Positions 16,615 to 25,442 are shown, counted from the stretch's first letter. The stretch: DNA of 25,505 nucleotides from Leidyana gryllorum EB-2025a (GCA_048772705.1 JBLWGC010000142.1:1-25505); one strand, 5' to 3'. The notes: generated from the letters alone by a model not told the origin. Made by a program: numbers and translations.

Positions 16615-16687
16615 GGGCGACTAGCTCAAATGACATAGCACTCGCTTAACATGCGAGAGATACTGGGATCGATGCCCAGGTCGTCCA
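16615..16687 (+). tRNA. tRNA-Ala body with AAC (Val) anticodon, D-arm damaged
   Basis: G3:U70 acceptor intact; CTCGC-TTAACAT-GCGAG. Confidence 0.7.
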
Positions 16688-16761
16688 AGCCTCTAACGGC
16701 TGCACCCGCGGTATATGAACAGATTCACGACCGAAGGGAGTTGATGCCCGATCACAGCACA

Positions 16762-16843
16762 CGACAACTGCTGGATTTGAACCAGCGCGGGCCAGGCCCA
16801 GTAGATTTCTAGTCTACCCGCTTAACCACTCGGGCAAGTTGCC
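16762..16843 (-). tRNA. trnS: tRNA-Ser(AGA)
   Basis: 82 nt with one D-stem change. Confidence 0.86.
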
Positions 16844-16901
16844 GCTGTCGAACTTGGCATTTTGCGGCCAGTGGCTTCACATACGGTTCGAGCTTTACTA
16901 G

Positions 16902-16974
16902 GACTGCTCGCGCTGCCCAAACCCGCGGATCTCCCTTCAAAAGTCTTGCGCTCTACTGACGGAGTTGGGGCGGC
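16902..16974 (-). pseudogene. tRNA-Lys(TTT)-derived element
   Basis: Same family as 12463. Confidence 0.65.
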
Positions 16975-17144
16975 AAGGAAGCTCGCCCCGTACCCGAGGA
17001 AGGCCCAAGATTCCACGATCAATACAAATGGAATTGGTTACTAAGTCCGAATCTGTATCAGAGATCCACTCACTTGATCACGCCGACATACCATGTTTTC
17101 CAAGACGGTACGGCTCTCGGCCGAAGCCCCAACTCAACCACTCG

Positions 17145-17217
17145 TCCACTGTAGTCTAAGTGGCTATGATTTGCGGCTCTTACCCGCACGATTCGGGTTC
17201 AAGTCCCGGCAGTGGAA
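17145..17217 (+). tRNA. tRNA-Glu body with CTT (Lys) anticodon, likely pseudogene
   Basis: TGCGG-CTCTTAC-CCGCA. Confidence 0.7.
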
Positions 17218-17293
17218 GTCATTGAAGTACTCGAGCAAAGTGCTCCACTAATCTCCGTCAGTAGCCATCGTTTCGTTATCTCCGGCTTCCATT

Positions 17294-17365
17294 GCCTTCT
17301 TAGCTTAGGGGCATAGCGTTCGCTTCGTAAGCGAGAAGTCGCCGGTTCGATTCCGGCTGAAGGCT
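17294..17365 (+). tRNA. trnT: tRNA-Thr(CGT) variant
   Basis: Two mismatches vs 15462. Confidence 0.8.
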
Positions 17366-17495
17366 CGACTGCATCGACTGGGCACCGGCAAGCTGCTCGC
17401 AAACTCCAATAATCGTAGCTCAGCCATCAGAGGTAAGTCTCTCAGCCACGAAGTCGCAGGTTTGGAACCTGCCAGTACCTGAGGCACCCACAGGG

Positions 17496-17556
17496 GGCTG
17501 TTTGGTCTAGTTATATGATTCTTTCTTCGGCTGGAAGAAGTCCTGGGTTCAATGCC
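17496..17556 (+). pseudogene. tRNA-Pro, 3'-truncated pseudogene
   Basis: Pro body ends in the T-arm. Confidence 0.65.
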
Positions 17557-17668
17557 ACGTCTCTCCAAGGTCGGCTACTATACGCGGCTCCCACTCGTAC
17601 AATCCCGAATGAAGTCCAGACCAGCTGAGACAAAATCTGAGTTGCACCAGTTGTGAGGGCTGGAACTG

Positions 17669-17740
17669 CTCCGAGACCGGGAATCGAACCCGGGTCTTCC
17701 GCGTGACAGGCGGAAATACTAACCACTATACTATCTCGGA
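17669..17740 (-). tRNA. trnD: tRNA-Asp(GTC)
   Basis: Full cloverleaf, G73. Confidence 0.94.
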
Positions 17741-17902
17741 CGCTAGTAAACACGCCGGCTTCCAACCCCAGAACTCCTCGCATTTTGAGATTTCACCGAT
17801 AGGAAACGGGTAACACTTCGGCAAGATGGCCGAGTGGTGTGTGCAAGCCGCCGTCCGAAAATGCGGGCGGATGATCGCAACCATGTTTAGGCTAATGACT
17901 GA

Positions 17903-17974
17903 AGCCTCCTGCCGGAATCGAACCAACGACCTTTCGCTTACAAAGCGAATGCTCTGCCCCTAAGCTTAGGAGGC
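17903..17974 (-). tRNA. trnT: tRNA-Thr(TGT)
   Basis: TTTGTAA loop; GCCTCCT/AGGAGGC acceptor; A at position 8. Confidence 0.82.
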
Positions 17975-18038
17975 ATTCCCTGTCTCGACCCATATGAGTT
18001 TTTGATGCTGGGAATTGCATCATTTCCACCACATCGCA

Positions 18039-18119
18039 CGACAACTGCTGGATTTGAACCAGCGCGAGCCAGGCCCAGTAGATTTCAAGTCTACCCCTTA
18101 ACCACTCGGGCAAGTTGCC
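18039..18119 (-). tRNA. trnS: tRNA-Ser(TGA) variant
   Basis: CTTGAAA loop; 1-nt deletion. Confidence 0.8.
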
Positions 18120-18234
18120 AACGGTCGAACTCGGCATGCCGCAGACAGTGGCTCCACATACGGTTCACACTTGATGTCCCTGATAGATTCGAATGCGAGT
18201 GACGCGGTGGCACCGCGGTGGCATGGCGGTGATC

Positions 18235-18308
18235 GCTCTCCTAGCTCAGCTGGTTAGAGCATCGGCCTTGTGTGCCGGGAGTCGAGAGTTCGATCCCCTC
18301 GGGGAGCA
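18235..18308 (+). pseudogene. tRNA-Ile body with TGT anticodon, degenerate
   Basis: CTTGTGT loop and several substitutions vs 1011. Confidence 0.7.
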
Positions 18309-18397
18309 AATCGATCCAATGACAGCCGACGACCACCGAGTGCATAGGAGGAGACCTCTGCGAGTAAATTCTATAAGTGTATCCTCCTGCGGACACT

Positions 18398-18469
18398 CGA
18401 CAGTGCGTCGTGCCGTTGGACGGACCTTGCAGTCGTAAGCCCAACACTCTGGCACTGAGTTCCACTACT
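18398..18469 (-). pseudogene. Initiator tRNA-Met pseudogene
   Basis: Same family as 1150. Confidence 0.62.
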
Positions 18470-18603
18470 TGAGCGTCGGATATCACAAAGGAAGCGGAAA
18501 TGTGTTTCTTGAGATTCGGAGTGATTTGACACACCATGAGTGCCGTAGCGGCTGTTTGGTTTGAAGGTATTATTCTTCCTTGCTTAGAAGAACATCGCAA
18601 CTG

Positions 18604-18675
18604 AGTCTTGTAGCTCAGTCGGCAAAGCGTGTGGCTGTTCACACAAAGTCGCAGATTCGAAGCCTGGCAGTACCG
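18604..18675 (+). pseudogene. tRNA-Asn pseudogene
   Basis: Decayed copy of 14712. Confidence 0.7.
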
Positions 18676-18752
18676 GGATCTGCGGTATTCGACTCTCTCA
18701 TAGAGGTTGGAACTCTGTATTCAAATACCAGCAGGTGCCGCCGTACGGAGTT

Positions 18753-18825
18753 TGGACGACCTGGGTATCGATCCCAGTACCTCTCGCATGCTAAGCGAGC
18801 GCTCTACCATTTGAGCTAGTCGCCC
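18753..18825 (-). tRNA. trnA: tRNA-Ala(AGC)
   Basis: Full cloverleaf. Confidence 0.93.
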
Positions 18826-18912
18826 GTTGTGCAGACCCCATCGATTTTTTTGTTCTCAACATCGTATGACCACTCTCTCGACTGTACTCAGCGGGTTGCT
18901 CGACCGACAGCC

Positions 18913-18984
18913 GACTGTTTGGTCTAGTGGTATGATTCTTCCTTCCGGTGGAAGAAGTCCTGGCTTCGATTCCCAGAACAGCCC
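18913..18984 (+). pseudogene. tRNA-Pro body with CCG anticodon, G53C
   Basis: TTCCGGT loop; B-box damaged. Confidence 0.7.
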
Positions 18985-19065
18985 CGTTGGTTGTCGGTTG
19001 ACCCCAATCTCTACCTCATCTCAAGATGGTACGGCTCTCGTCCAAAGCTGCAGCTGAGGAAGTTG

Positions 19066-19137
19066 TCCACTGTAGTCTAAGTGGCTAGGTTATGCGGCTC
19101 TCACCCGTACATCCGGGTTCAAGACCCGGCAGTGGAA
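19066..19137 (+). tRNA. trnE: tRNA-Glu(CTC) variant
   Basis: 1-nt deletion and substitutions. Confidence 0.72.
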
Positions 19138-19205
19138 GCTACTCGAGCAAAGTGCCTCAGTAATCCCCGTCAATAGTGACTGATTCTTGATCTTCGGCCT
19201 GGATT

Positions 19206-19277
19206 GCCTTCTTAGCTTAGGGGCAGAGCATTCGCTTAGTAAGCGAAAGGTCGCCGGTTCGATTCCGGCAGAAGGCT
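19206..19277 (+). tRNA. trnT: tRNA-Thr(AGT)
   Basis: Identical to 9608. Confidence 0.93.
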
Positions 19278-19367
19278 CGACTGCATCGACTAGGCACCTG
19301 CAAGCGGTAAGTCTCTTAGCCACGAAGCCGCAGGTTTGGAACCTGCCAGTACCTAAGGTACCCACAG

Positions 19368-19439
19368 GGGGGTTTGGCCTGGTGGTATGATTCTTTCTTC
19401 GGGTGGAAGAAGTCCTGGGTTCGATTCCCAGAACAGCCC
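19368..19439 (+). pseudogene. tRNA-Pro(CGG), 5' end degenerate
   Basis: 3' half intact, 5' acceptor mutated. Confidence 0.7.
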
Positions 19440-19553
19440 GTCTGATAGTTGTTGACGCAACAAGGCACTCGACCCATCCCGAGACAATGTCCCTGACAGC
19501 TGAGATAGGATCTGAGTTGTTGACTCAACAGGCTACACCCCGACTGTTCGCCC

Positions 19554-19626
19554 AGACGCTACTGGGACTCGAACCCAGAATCCCCGGTTCCGTAGACCGA
19601 TGCCATATCCATTAGGCCCTAGCGCC
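19554..19626 (-). tRNA. trnR: tRNA-Arg(ACG), U8G variant
   Basis: One change vs 5223. Confidence 0.84.
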
Positions 19627-19747
19627 GACTAGCGGAGCCGTCAAATGGAAGTGTGTAGCGATCAAGACAGGACATGGGCAGCGACGCCCGATGGTGGGTC
19701 TGGACAGACTTCACCCACATCTCCCATTCAAAACATCGGGGACATAC

Positions 19748-19794
19748 TATCCAAGCCAGGATTCGGGCTTGGGCATGCACGGCCACAACTTGCT
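19748..19794 (-). pseudogene. tRNA-His 3' fragment
   Basis: Paralog of 7831 with the 5' half deleted. Confidence 0.6.
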
Positions 19795-19855
19795 GAGGCT
19801 GGTGGCAAAGCCACTTTAGTTGTCAGGCTATCGGGTTTTGTGTCGTTGCTTTCTT

Positions 19856-19928
19856 GCCGCCCTAGCTCAGTCGGTAGAGCGCAAGACTCTTAATCTTGCA
19901 GTCGCGGGCTCGAGCCCCGCGCGCGGTG
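19856..19928 (+). tRNA. trnK: tRNA-Lys(CTT) variant
   Basis: T54C and one acceptor mismatch. Confidence 0.8.
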
Positions 19929-19962
19929 TGGATCTGTTGCCTGCAAGCACACTCAGCTGGAT

Positions 19963-20035
19963 TTCCACTGCCGGGACTTGAACCCGGATCGTGCGGGTGA
20001 GAGCCGCATATCCTAGCCACTTAGGCTACAGTGGA
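19963..20035 (-). tRNA. trnE: tRNA-Glu(CTC)
   Basis: One D-stem change. Confidence 0.86.
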
Positions 20036-20153
20036 CAACTCCCTCAGCTGCAGCTTTAGCCGAGAGCCGTACCCTCTTGACAAGACGTGATTCCACAATC
20101 CTGCGGTAGAATAAGGGAGGATCTCTATACTAACCTCTGAAACATTGTAGCTG

Positions 20154-20226
20154 GGTCTTGTAGCTCAGTCGGCAGAGCGTGTGGCTGTTAACCACAAAGT
20201 CGCAGGTTCGAAACCTGCCAGGACCG
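20154..20226 (+). tRNA. trnN: tRNA-Asn(GTT)
   Basis: Identical to 14712. Confidence 0.93.
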
Positions 20227-20347
20227 GTTTCAGAGGCACTCTCCAAGGGAAGGAAAATCATACCACGAGCACTCCAACTCGACATGCGCGGCAGTGGCTC
20301 CCCATACAGCTAGCAAGCTTGCGGAACGTCTTTCGCGTGAGAGGCTA

Positions 20348-20420
20348 TGATGCGGATGGGACTCGAACCCACAACTCCCGGTTCCGAAGACCGATGCCCT
20401 ATCCATTAGGCCACCGCACC
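20348..20420 (-). tRNA. trnR: tRNA-Arg(TCG)
   Basis: GGTGCGG/CCGCATC acceptor, CTTCGGA loop. Confidence 0.92.
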
Positions 20421-20501
20421 ATAGACAAGCTTCGGTCATCTCGATACTAGTTGGGTGTAAGAGGAGACACCTTGGGGCAGCTCGGTGGATGGGTTGCGAA
20501 T

Positions 20502-20574
20502 GCGGTTGTGCCGCAATGCATAGCGCGTTGCCCTCCCAAGGCGAAGGTTGAGGATTCGGGTCCCTCCAGCCGTT
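20502..20574 (+). pseudogene. Arg-like tRNA pseudogene (probably ex-CCT; loop now CCC)
   Basis: D-arm resembles Arg(TCT) at 4221; TTGCC-CTCCCAA-GGCGA; damaged boxes. Confidence 0.6.
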
Positions 20575-20657
20575 TCCTGCGTGGCTTCGTTTGTGCAAAG
20601 TGGAGAGACTGGTCATACCATGTAAAAAAGAACTGGATGTACTGGGGTTTGCTCAAT

Positions 20658-20730
20658 GGGCGACTAGCTCAAATGGTAGAGCGCTCGCTTAGCATGCGAG
20701 AGGTACTGGGATCGATGCCCAGGTCGTCCA
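20658..20730 (+). tRNA. trnA: tRNA-Ala(AGC)
   Basis: Full cloverleaf. Confidence 0.94.
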
Positions 20731-20848
20731 AAGTACGCTACGGCTGTACGTGGCGGGAGCCAAACCCAACCTTACATCTTTGAAGGGTCGCAGACCACAA
20801 GTGCCATTGGGAGAGCAGCGCAGTCAGTGTCTAGGGTGCCTCTAAAAC

Positions 20849-20921
20849 CGGTCCTGGCAGGTTTCGAACCGGCGGGTTTGTGGTTAACAGCCACACGCTC
20901 TGCCGACCGAGCTACAAGACC
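20849..20921 (-). tRNA. trnN: tRNA-Asn(GTT), degenerate
   Basis: Variable-loop, T-stem and A14 changes. Confidence 0.72.
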
Positions 20922-21051
20922 CAGCGACAATGTTTCAGAGGTCAGTATAGAGACCCTCCGCTCTCTACCGCAGGATTCTGCAACCCCTTTGTTGTAGATT
21001 CACCAGTCAGGAGGGTACGGCTCTCGGCGAAAGCTGCAGCTGAGGGAGTTG

Positions 21052-21124
21052 TCCACTGTAGTCTAAGTGGCTAGGATATGCGGCTCTCACCCGCACGATC
21101 CGGGTTCAAGTCCCGGCAGTGGAA
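21052..21124 (+). tRNA. trnE: tRNA-Glu(CTC)
   Basis: Full cloverleaf. Confidence 0.93.
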
Positions 21125-21184
21125 ATCCAGCTGAGTGTGCTTGTAGGCAACGGTTCCATTCCTACTCCCAGAGACATTGATTTG

Positions 21185-21257
21185 CACCGCCCGCGGGGCT
21201 CGAACCCGCGACTGCAAGATTAAAAGTCTTGCGCTCTACCGACTGAGCTAGGGCGGC
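21185..21257 (-). tRNA. trnK: tRNA-Lys(TTT)
   Basis: Identical to 12160. Confidence 0.93.
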
Positions 21258-21385
21258 AAGGAAGCTCTAAACTTAGTTACACCCTATTTGCCGTTGGGTG
21301 GAGCAGTGGAAGGATTGACTGGTGGAACAATGTGCTCCAGTAACTTCCGTCAATAGTGACTGATGCGTGATTACCAGCTGATATT

Positions 21386-21457
21386 GCCTTCTTAGCTTAG
21401 GGGCACAGCATTCGCTTAGTAAGCGAAAGGTCGCCGGTTCGATTCCGGCAGAAGGCT
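21386..21457 (+). tRNA. trnT: tRNA-Thr(AGT)
   Basis: One D-stem change. Confidence 0.87.
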
Positions 21458-21506
21458 TTGCTCACGAGAAAATCTATTCTATAACTGTTTCCCTTCTGCG
21501 CACACT

Positions 21507-21578
21507 TAGCAGTGCGTCATTTCGATCGACGGACCTTTGGGTTATGAGCCCAACACTCTTCCACTGAGCTACAATGCT
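21507..21578 (-). tRNA. trnM: Initiator tRNA-Met(CAT) variant
   Basis: C61T and an acceptor mismatch vs 9487. Confidence 0.78.
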
Positions 21579-21716
21579 CAGTCTGCAACATGGAAGAGGT
21601 AGCCGAAATGCGATTCTTGAGATGCTAGTTACCCTGACTGCCCTACCCAAGTGGGCTAACGAGGTGGTTGTGTTGTTTCTGAGAACTTGTCCCGTCGGGT
21701 CAACCGACGACCAAGA

Positions 21717-21787
21717 GGGCTGTTCTGGCAATCGAACCAGGACTACTTCCAAGCTGAGGAAGGATCATACCACTAGACCAAACAGCC
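21717..21787 (-). pseudogene. tRNA-Pro pseudogene
   Basis: Anticodon loop and T-arm decayed. Confidence 0.68.
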
Positions 21788-21877
21788 GACTGGTCGGTGG
21801 TTCAACCCGCTGGGTACAGTCGAGAGACTCGTATCACTATGTGAAGTACCACTCAATGCCATGAGGTAGTCATAGAG

Positions 21878-21948
21878 AGAGGCTAGCCCAGATGATGAAA
21901 CGGTGGCTTAGTATACAAAAGGTTCTGGGATCGATTCCCAGCCCATCC
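21878..21948 (+). pseudogene. tRNA-Ala remnant
   Basis: Same family as 9120. Confidence 0.5.
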
Positions 21949-22043
21949 GAACTACATAGATGGAACCCTCGCGGGAGTAGTCTAGTTGGCCTATCAACGC
22001 TGTCCATCAGGTTGAGTAGTAGTTTGCCGATGACCGCTCTACT

Positions 22044-22123
22044 TCCGGTGGGACGGAATCGAACCGCCGACTATCTGATGCCAGCACTACAGTCAGATGC
22101 TCTACCAACCGAGCTACCCCCGG
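22044..22123 (-). tRNA. trnY: tRNA-Tyr(GTA) with a 7-nt intron (22080-22086)
   Basis: C1:G72, A73, TCTGA-CTGTAG[TGCTGGC]A-TCAGA; G5:A68 mismatch. Confidence 0.85.
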
Positions 22124-22167
22124 CCGTCCAACTGCTCCGGGGTTCGAATGGCCCAACCCCAGATCCT

Positions 22168-22222
22168 CGCCCTTTGGACGGCGGCCTTAACACAGCGCCT
22201 TAGACCACTCGGCCATCTTGCC
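22168..22222 (-). pseudogene. tRNA-Leu(AAG), 3'-truncated
   Basis: 5' two-thirds of the Leu body. Confidence 0.68.
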
Positions 22223-22390
22223 GGAGTGCTCTTGGCTCGCCGCTTTACACGTTTTCTGATCGTGAGTCAAAATAGAAAGACTTCTGGGATTGGAGGCCGG
22301 CGTGTATGTCCGCCTGTCAGGCGGAAGACCAGGGTTCGTTTCCCGGTCTCGGGGCACAGATGATTTTGCTTAGGATTGTTTCCTTTGATT

Positions 22391-22450
22391 CTCGAGATAG
22401 TATTTTCGCCTGTCACGCGGAAGACCCGGGTTCGATTCCCGGTCTCGGAG
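22391..22450 (+). pseudogene. tRNA-Asp(GTC) lacking the D-arm
   Basis: 12-nt deletion between TAGTAT repeats. Confidence 0.72.
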
Positions 22451-22502
22451 ATAGATCGTCTTCCGCTCTAGATTTCGTGATGCTCACCTGAACGATGCGT
22501 GT

Positions 22503-22572
22503 TACAGCCACCGAGAATGGAACTCGGCACCTTTTGGGTGTTAAACAGACGTCGTGACCACTAGATGGCTGC
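22503..22572 (-). pseudogene. tRNA-Val(AAC) pseudogene
   Basis: Decayed Val body. Confidence 0.68.
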
Positions 22573-22712
22573 ACGGAGCTTCCGGATTGCGAAAGGGGCG
22601 TGTGTCTCTGGAACCACGTATCCGATGAGCCTGGTTTTTATGTATCGGCCTAAGTTGGACGGCCTGGACTAGTTAAGACCCTTCGCTTTGTATTCAGGAA
22701 TGGAGATGTCAC

Positions 22713-22783
22713 GCATCTGTGGTTTAGTGGTAGACTGTGTCGTTGCCACCGAGACGACCCAGGTTCGATTCCCGGCAGATGCA
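22713..22783 (+). tRNA. trnG: tRNA-Gly(GCC), degenerate
   Basis: About 5 substitutions vs 10258. Confidence 0.7.
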
Positions 22784-22848
22784 GAGAAGATGGCACATGG
22801 TTGAGTTTCATGCGTGAGTTGGTGTCTGACCCCTCTGATCACATCGCA

Positions 22849-22931
22849 CCACAGCTGCTGGATCTGCACCAGCCCGGCCCAGGCCCTGTAGAGATCAAAT
22901 CTCCTCCCCTTCCCCACTCGGGCAAGTTGGC
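22849..22931 (-). pseudogene. tRNA-Ser pseudogene
   Basis: Heavily decayed Ser body. Confidence 0.62.
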
Positions 22932-23012
22932 AACTGTCGAACTTAGTAACAGATTCCATCCCTATTCGTCGTAGAATGTTGGGGCTTCTTCGGGTCGAGG
23001 GCAACTCTGTAT

Positions 23013-23078
23013 CACGGGCTCGAACCGGGGACCTTGAGCTTATTAGGCTCACGCTCTAACCGACTGAGCTACGCGACC
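23013..23078 (-). pseudogene. tRNA-Ile(AAT), 3' acceptor strand lost
   Basis: TGAGC-CTAATAA-GCTCA; GGTCGCG has no partner strand. Confidence 0.75.
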
Positions 23079-23197
23079 GCCTCCGACGACAGATGGCACC
23101 TATTCACTTACTTGATGCCTCTGCGTCGCCACTGCAATCTCTAGCATGTACTGCTGGTGTTTTGAGCCCAGCCGCCTACTCCGATGATCGCAGCACA

Positions 23198-23279
23198 CGA
23201 CAACTGCTGGATTTGAACCAGCGCGGGCCAGGCCCAGTAGATTTCTAGTCTACCCCCTCAACCACTCGGGCAAGTTGCT
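23198..23279 (-). tRNA. trnS: tRNA-Ser(AGA) variant
   Basis: G1A and one D-loop change. Confidence 0.83.
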
Positions 23280-23340
23280 GCTGTCGAACTTGGCATTTTG
23301 CGGCCAGTGGCTTCACATACGATTCAGCGAGCTTTACTAG

Positions 23341-23413
23341 GACTGCTCGCGCCGCCCGAACCCGCGGTTCTCCCTTCAAAAGTCTTGCGCTCTACTGACG
23401 GAGTTGGGGCGGC
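23341..23413 (-). pseudogene. tRNA-Lys(TTT)-derived element
   Basis: Same family as 12463. Confidence 0.65.
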
Positions 23414-23549
23414 AAGGAAGCTCGCCCCGTACCCGAGGAAGGCCCCAGATTCCACGATCAATACAAATGGAATTGGTTATGATCACGCCGACATACCATG
23501 TTTTCCAAGACGGTACGGCTCTCGGCCGAAGCCCCAACTCAACCACTCG

Positions 23550-23622
23550 TCCACTGTAGTCTAAGTGGCTAGGATATGCGGCTTTCACCCGCACGATTCG
23601 GGTTCAAGTCCCGGCAGTGGAA
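23550..23622 (+). tRNA. trnE: tRNA-Glu(TTC)
   Basis: Full cloverleaf. Confidence 0.9.
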
Positions 23623-23698
23623 GTCATTGAACTACCCTAGCAAAGTGCTCCACTAATCTCCGTCAATAGCGATTGTTTCGTCATCTCCGGCTTCCATT

Positions 23699-23770
23699 GC
23701 CTTCTTAGTTTAGGGGCAGAGCGTTCGCTTCGTAAGCGAGAAGTCGCCGGTTCGATTCCGGCTGAAGGCT
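23699..23770 (+). tRNA. trnT: tRNA-Thr(CGT) variant
   Basis: Two changes vs 15462. Confidence 0.8.
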
Positions 23771-23900
23771 CGACTGCATCGACTGGGCACCGGCAAGCTG
23801 CTCGCAATTTCCAATAGTCCTAGCTCAGCCATCAGAGGTAAGTCTCTCAGCCACGAAGTCGCAGGTTTGGAACCTGCCAGTACTTGAGGCACCCATAGGG

Positions 23901-23961
23901 GGCTGTTTGGTCTAGTTATATGATTCTTTCTTCGGCTGGAAGAAGTCCTGGGTTCAATGCC
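23901..23961 (+). pseudogene. tRNA-Pro, 3'-truncated pseudogene
   Basis: Duplicate of 17496. Confidence 0.65.
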
Positions 23962-24073
23962 ACGTCTCTCCAAGGTCGGCTACTATACGCCACTCCCACT
24001 CGTACAATCCCGAATGAAGTCCAGACCAGCTGAGACAAAATCTGAGTTGCATCAGTTGTGAGGGCTGGAACTG

Positions 24074-24144
24074 CTCCGAGACCGGGAATCGAACGCGGTC
24101 CTCCGCGTGACAGGCGGAGACACTAACCACTATACTGACTCGGA
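24074..24144 (-). pseudogene. tRNA-Asp(GTC), degenerate
   Basis: T-stem deletion and substitutions. Confidence 0.7.
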
Positions 24145-24236
24145 CGCTCCGAACACGCCGGCCTCCAATCCCAGAAGTCTTTCTATTTCGGCTCACGGAC
24201 AAAAAAACGCGTGGAGCGACGAACCAACAAGACTGC

Positions 24237-24316
24237 GGCAAGATGGCCGAGTGGTCTAAGGCGCTGTGTTCAGGCCGCAGTCCGAGAGGGCGTGGGTTCG
24301 AATCCCACTCTTGTCA
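24237..24316 (+). tRNA. trnL: tRNA-Leu(CAG)
   Basis: Full 80-nt cloverleaf. Confidence 0.94.
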
Positions 24317-24386
24317 GCCGTTGTATTGTATTGGTAGGTAGTCCCCTCTCTTCACTGATAGACAGGTCGTTCGAGCTACATACGGC

Positions 24387-24457
24387 TGCACCTGCCGGGA
24401 CTCGAACCCGGGTTACGACCTTGGAAGGGTCGCATCTTACCCTTAGACCACAAGTGC
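24387..24457 (-). tRNA. trnG: tRNA-Gly(TCC)
   Basis: CGACC-CTTCCAA-GGTCG. Confidence 0.93.
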
Positions 24458-24607
24458 GATTGCGAAAGAGTTGCAGCACCCCGAGACACTCGGGCGATTT
24501 CTGCGCGCCACCGTCCGCCATACACCCAAAATTGTCCACCGACTTCAAACTCATTGGCATGTGGTCAGGGATGGATTTCCAACATCTTCAACCTTCAGGT
24601 CATCTTC

Positions 24608-24679
24608 AGGGCACGCGCGGAGTTGAACCACGGACTTGCTGATCTGCAGTCAGCTGCTCTACCACTGAGCTACGTACCC
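24608..24679 (-). tRNA. trnC: tRNA-Cys(GCA)
   Basis: GCTGA-CTGCAGA-TCAGC, U73. Confidence 0.92.
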
Positions 24680-24774
24680 ACAAACTACCCGTCATACTCG
24701 CTCAACTCGATTCTGTCTTCTCTTCTAAGCAAAACGGCCGGTATTGTGCACGAGCTTAAACAACAACGGGTTGT

Positions 24775-24845
24775 GCATCTGTGGTCTTGTGGTAGAATGT
24801 GTCGTTGCCAGCGAGACGACCCAGGTTCGATTCCCGACAGACGCA
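24775..24845 (+). pseudogene. tRNA-Gly(GCC), degenerate
   Basis: Multiple stem mismatches. Confidence 0.7.
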
Positions 24846-24989
24846 GGAGACACGCCTCAAACCGCCGTGGCAAATTAGCAGAGACGCTGACAAGCTTGGT
24901 CGGCACGAGGCCGGGGCATTCTGACACTTGATGTAACAACCCCCTGAGATAGAATCGAATGTGAGTTACGCGGTGGAACGGCGGTGATC

Positions 24990-25062
24990 GCTCCCTAGCT
25001 CAGCTGGTTAGAGCATCGGCCTTATGTGCCGAAGGTCGAGGGTTCGATCCCCCCGGGGAGCA
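24990..25062 (+). tRNA. trnI: tRNA-Ile(TAT), 1-nt acceptor deletion
   Basis: As 1011 with one C fewer. Confidence 0.8.
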
Positions 25063-25270
25063 AATCAACCCAATGACAGCCGAACGCGACCGCCGAGTAC
25101 TCCAGCATTTGACACCTGTATGATTTTTCCTCGCTTAAAAGAACATTGCAACTGGGTCTTGTAGCTCAGTCGGCAGAGTCTACCCCCTAACCACTCGGGC
25201 AAGTTGCCACCTGTCCAACTGGGCATCTTGCGCCCAGTGCCGTCACATACGGTTCAGCAAGCTCGACTCG

Positions 25271-25342
25271 GACTTCTCGCGCTGCCCGAACCTGCGGTCT
25301 CCCATCAAAAGTCTTGCGCTCTATCGACGCAATTGGGGCGGC
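25271..25342 (-). pseudogene. tRNA-Lys-derived element
   Basis: Same family as 12463. Confidence 0.58.
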
Positions 25343-25442
25343 GACGAAGCTCGGACTTAGTAACAAATTCCATTCGTATTGATCGTTGAATCTCGGGCCT
25401 TCCTCTGGCACAGGGCGAAGCTGTATCAGAGATGCACTCACT

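Larger units (their letters stand above)
16755..17745 (+). repeat. About 1-kb block (Ser, Lys-psi, Glu, Thr, Pro-psi, Asp) repeated at about 23190-24150
   Basis: Near-identical spacers; offset 6405 over most of the block. Confidence 0.88.
21052..22395 (-). repeat. Inverted, diverged paralog of about 10450-12365, lacking the solo LTR
   Basis: Mirror gene order Glu-Lys-Thr-iMet-Pro-Ala-Tyr-Leu-Asp with matching spacers. Confidence 0.85.

Noticed and set aside
20726-20730. Encoded CCA tail on Ala genes (GTCCA) and Met genes (CCCA)
   Set aside because: These bases are acceptor-stem positions 71-72 plus discriminator A73, not a 3' CCA extension.
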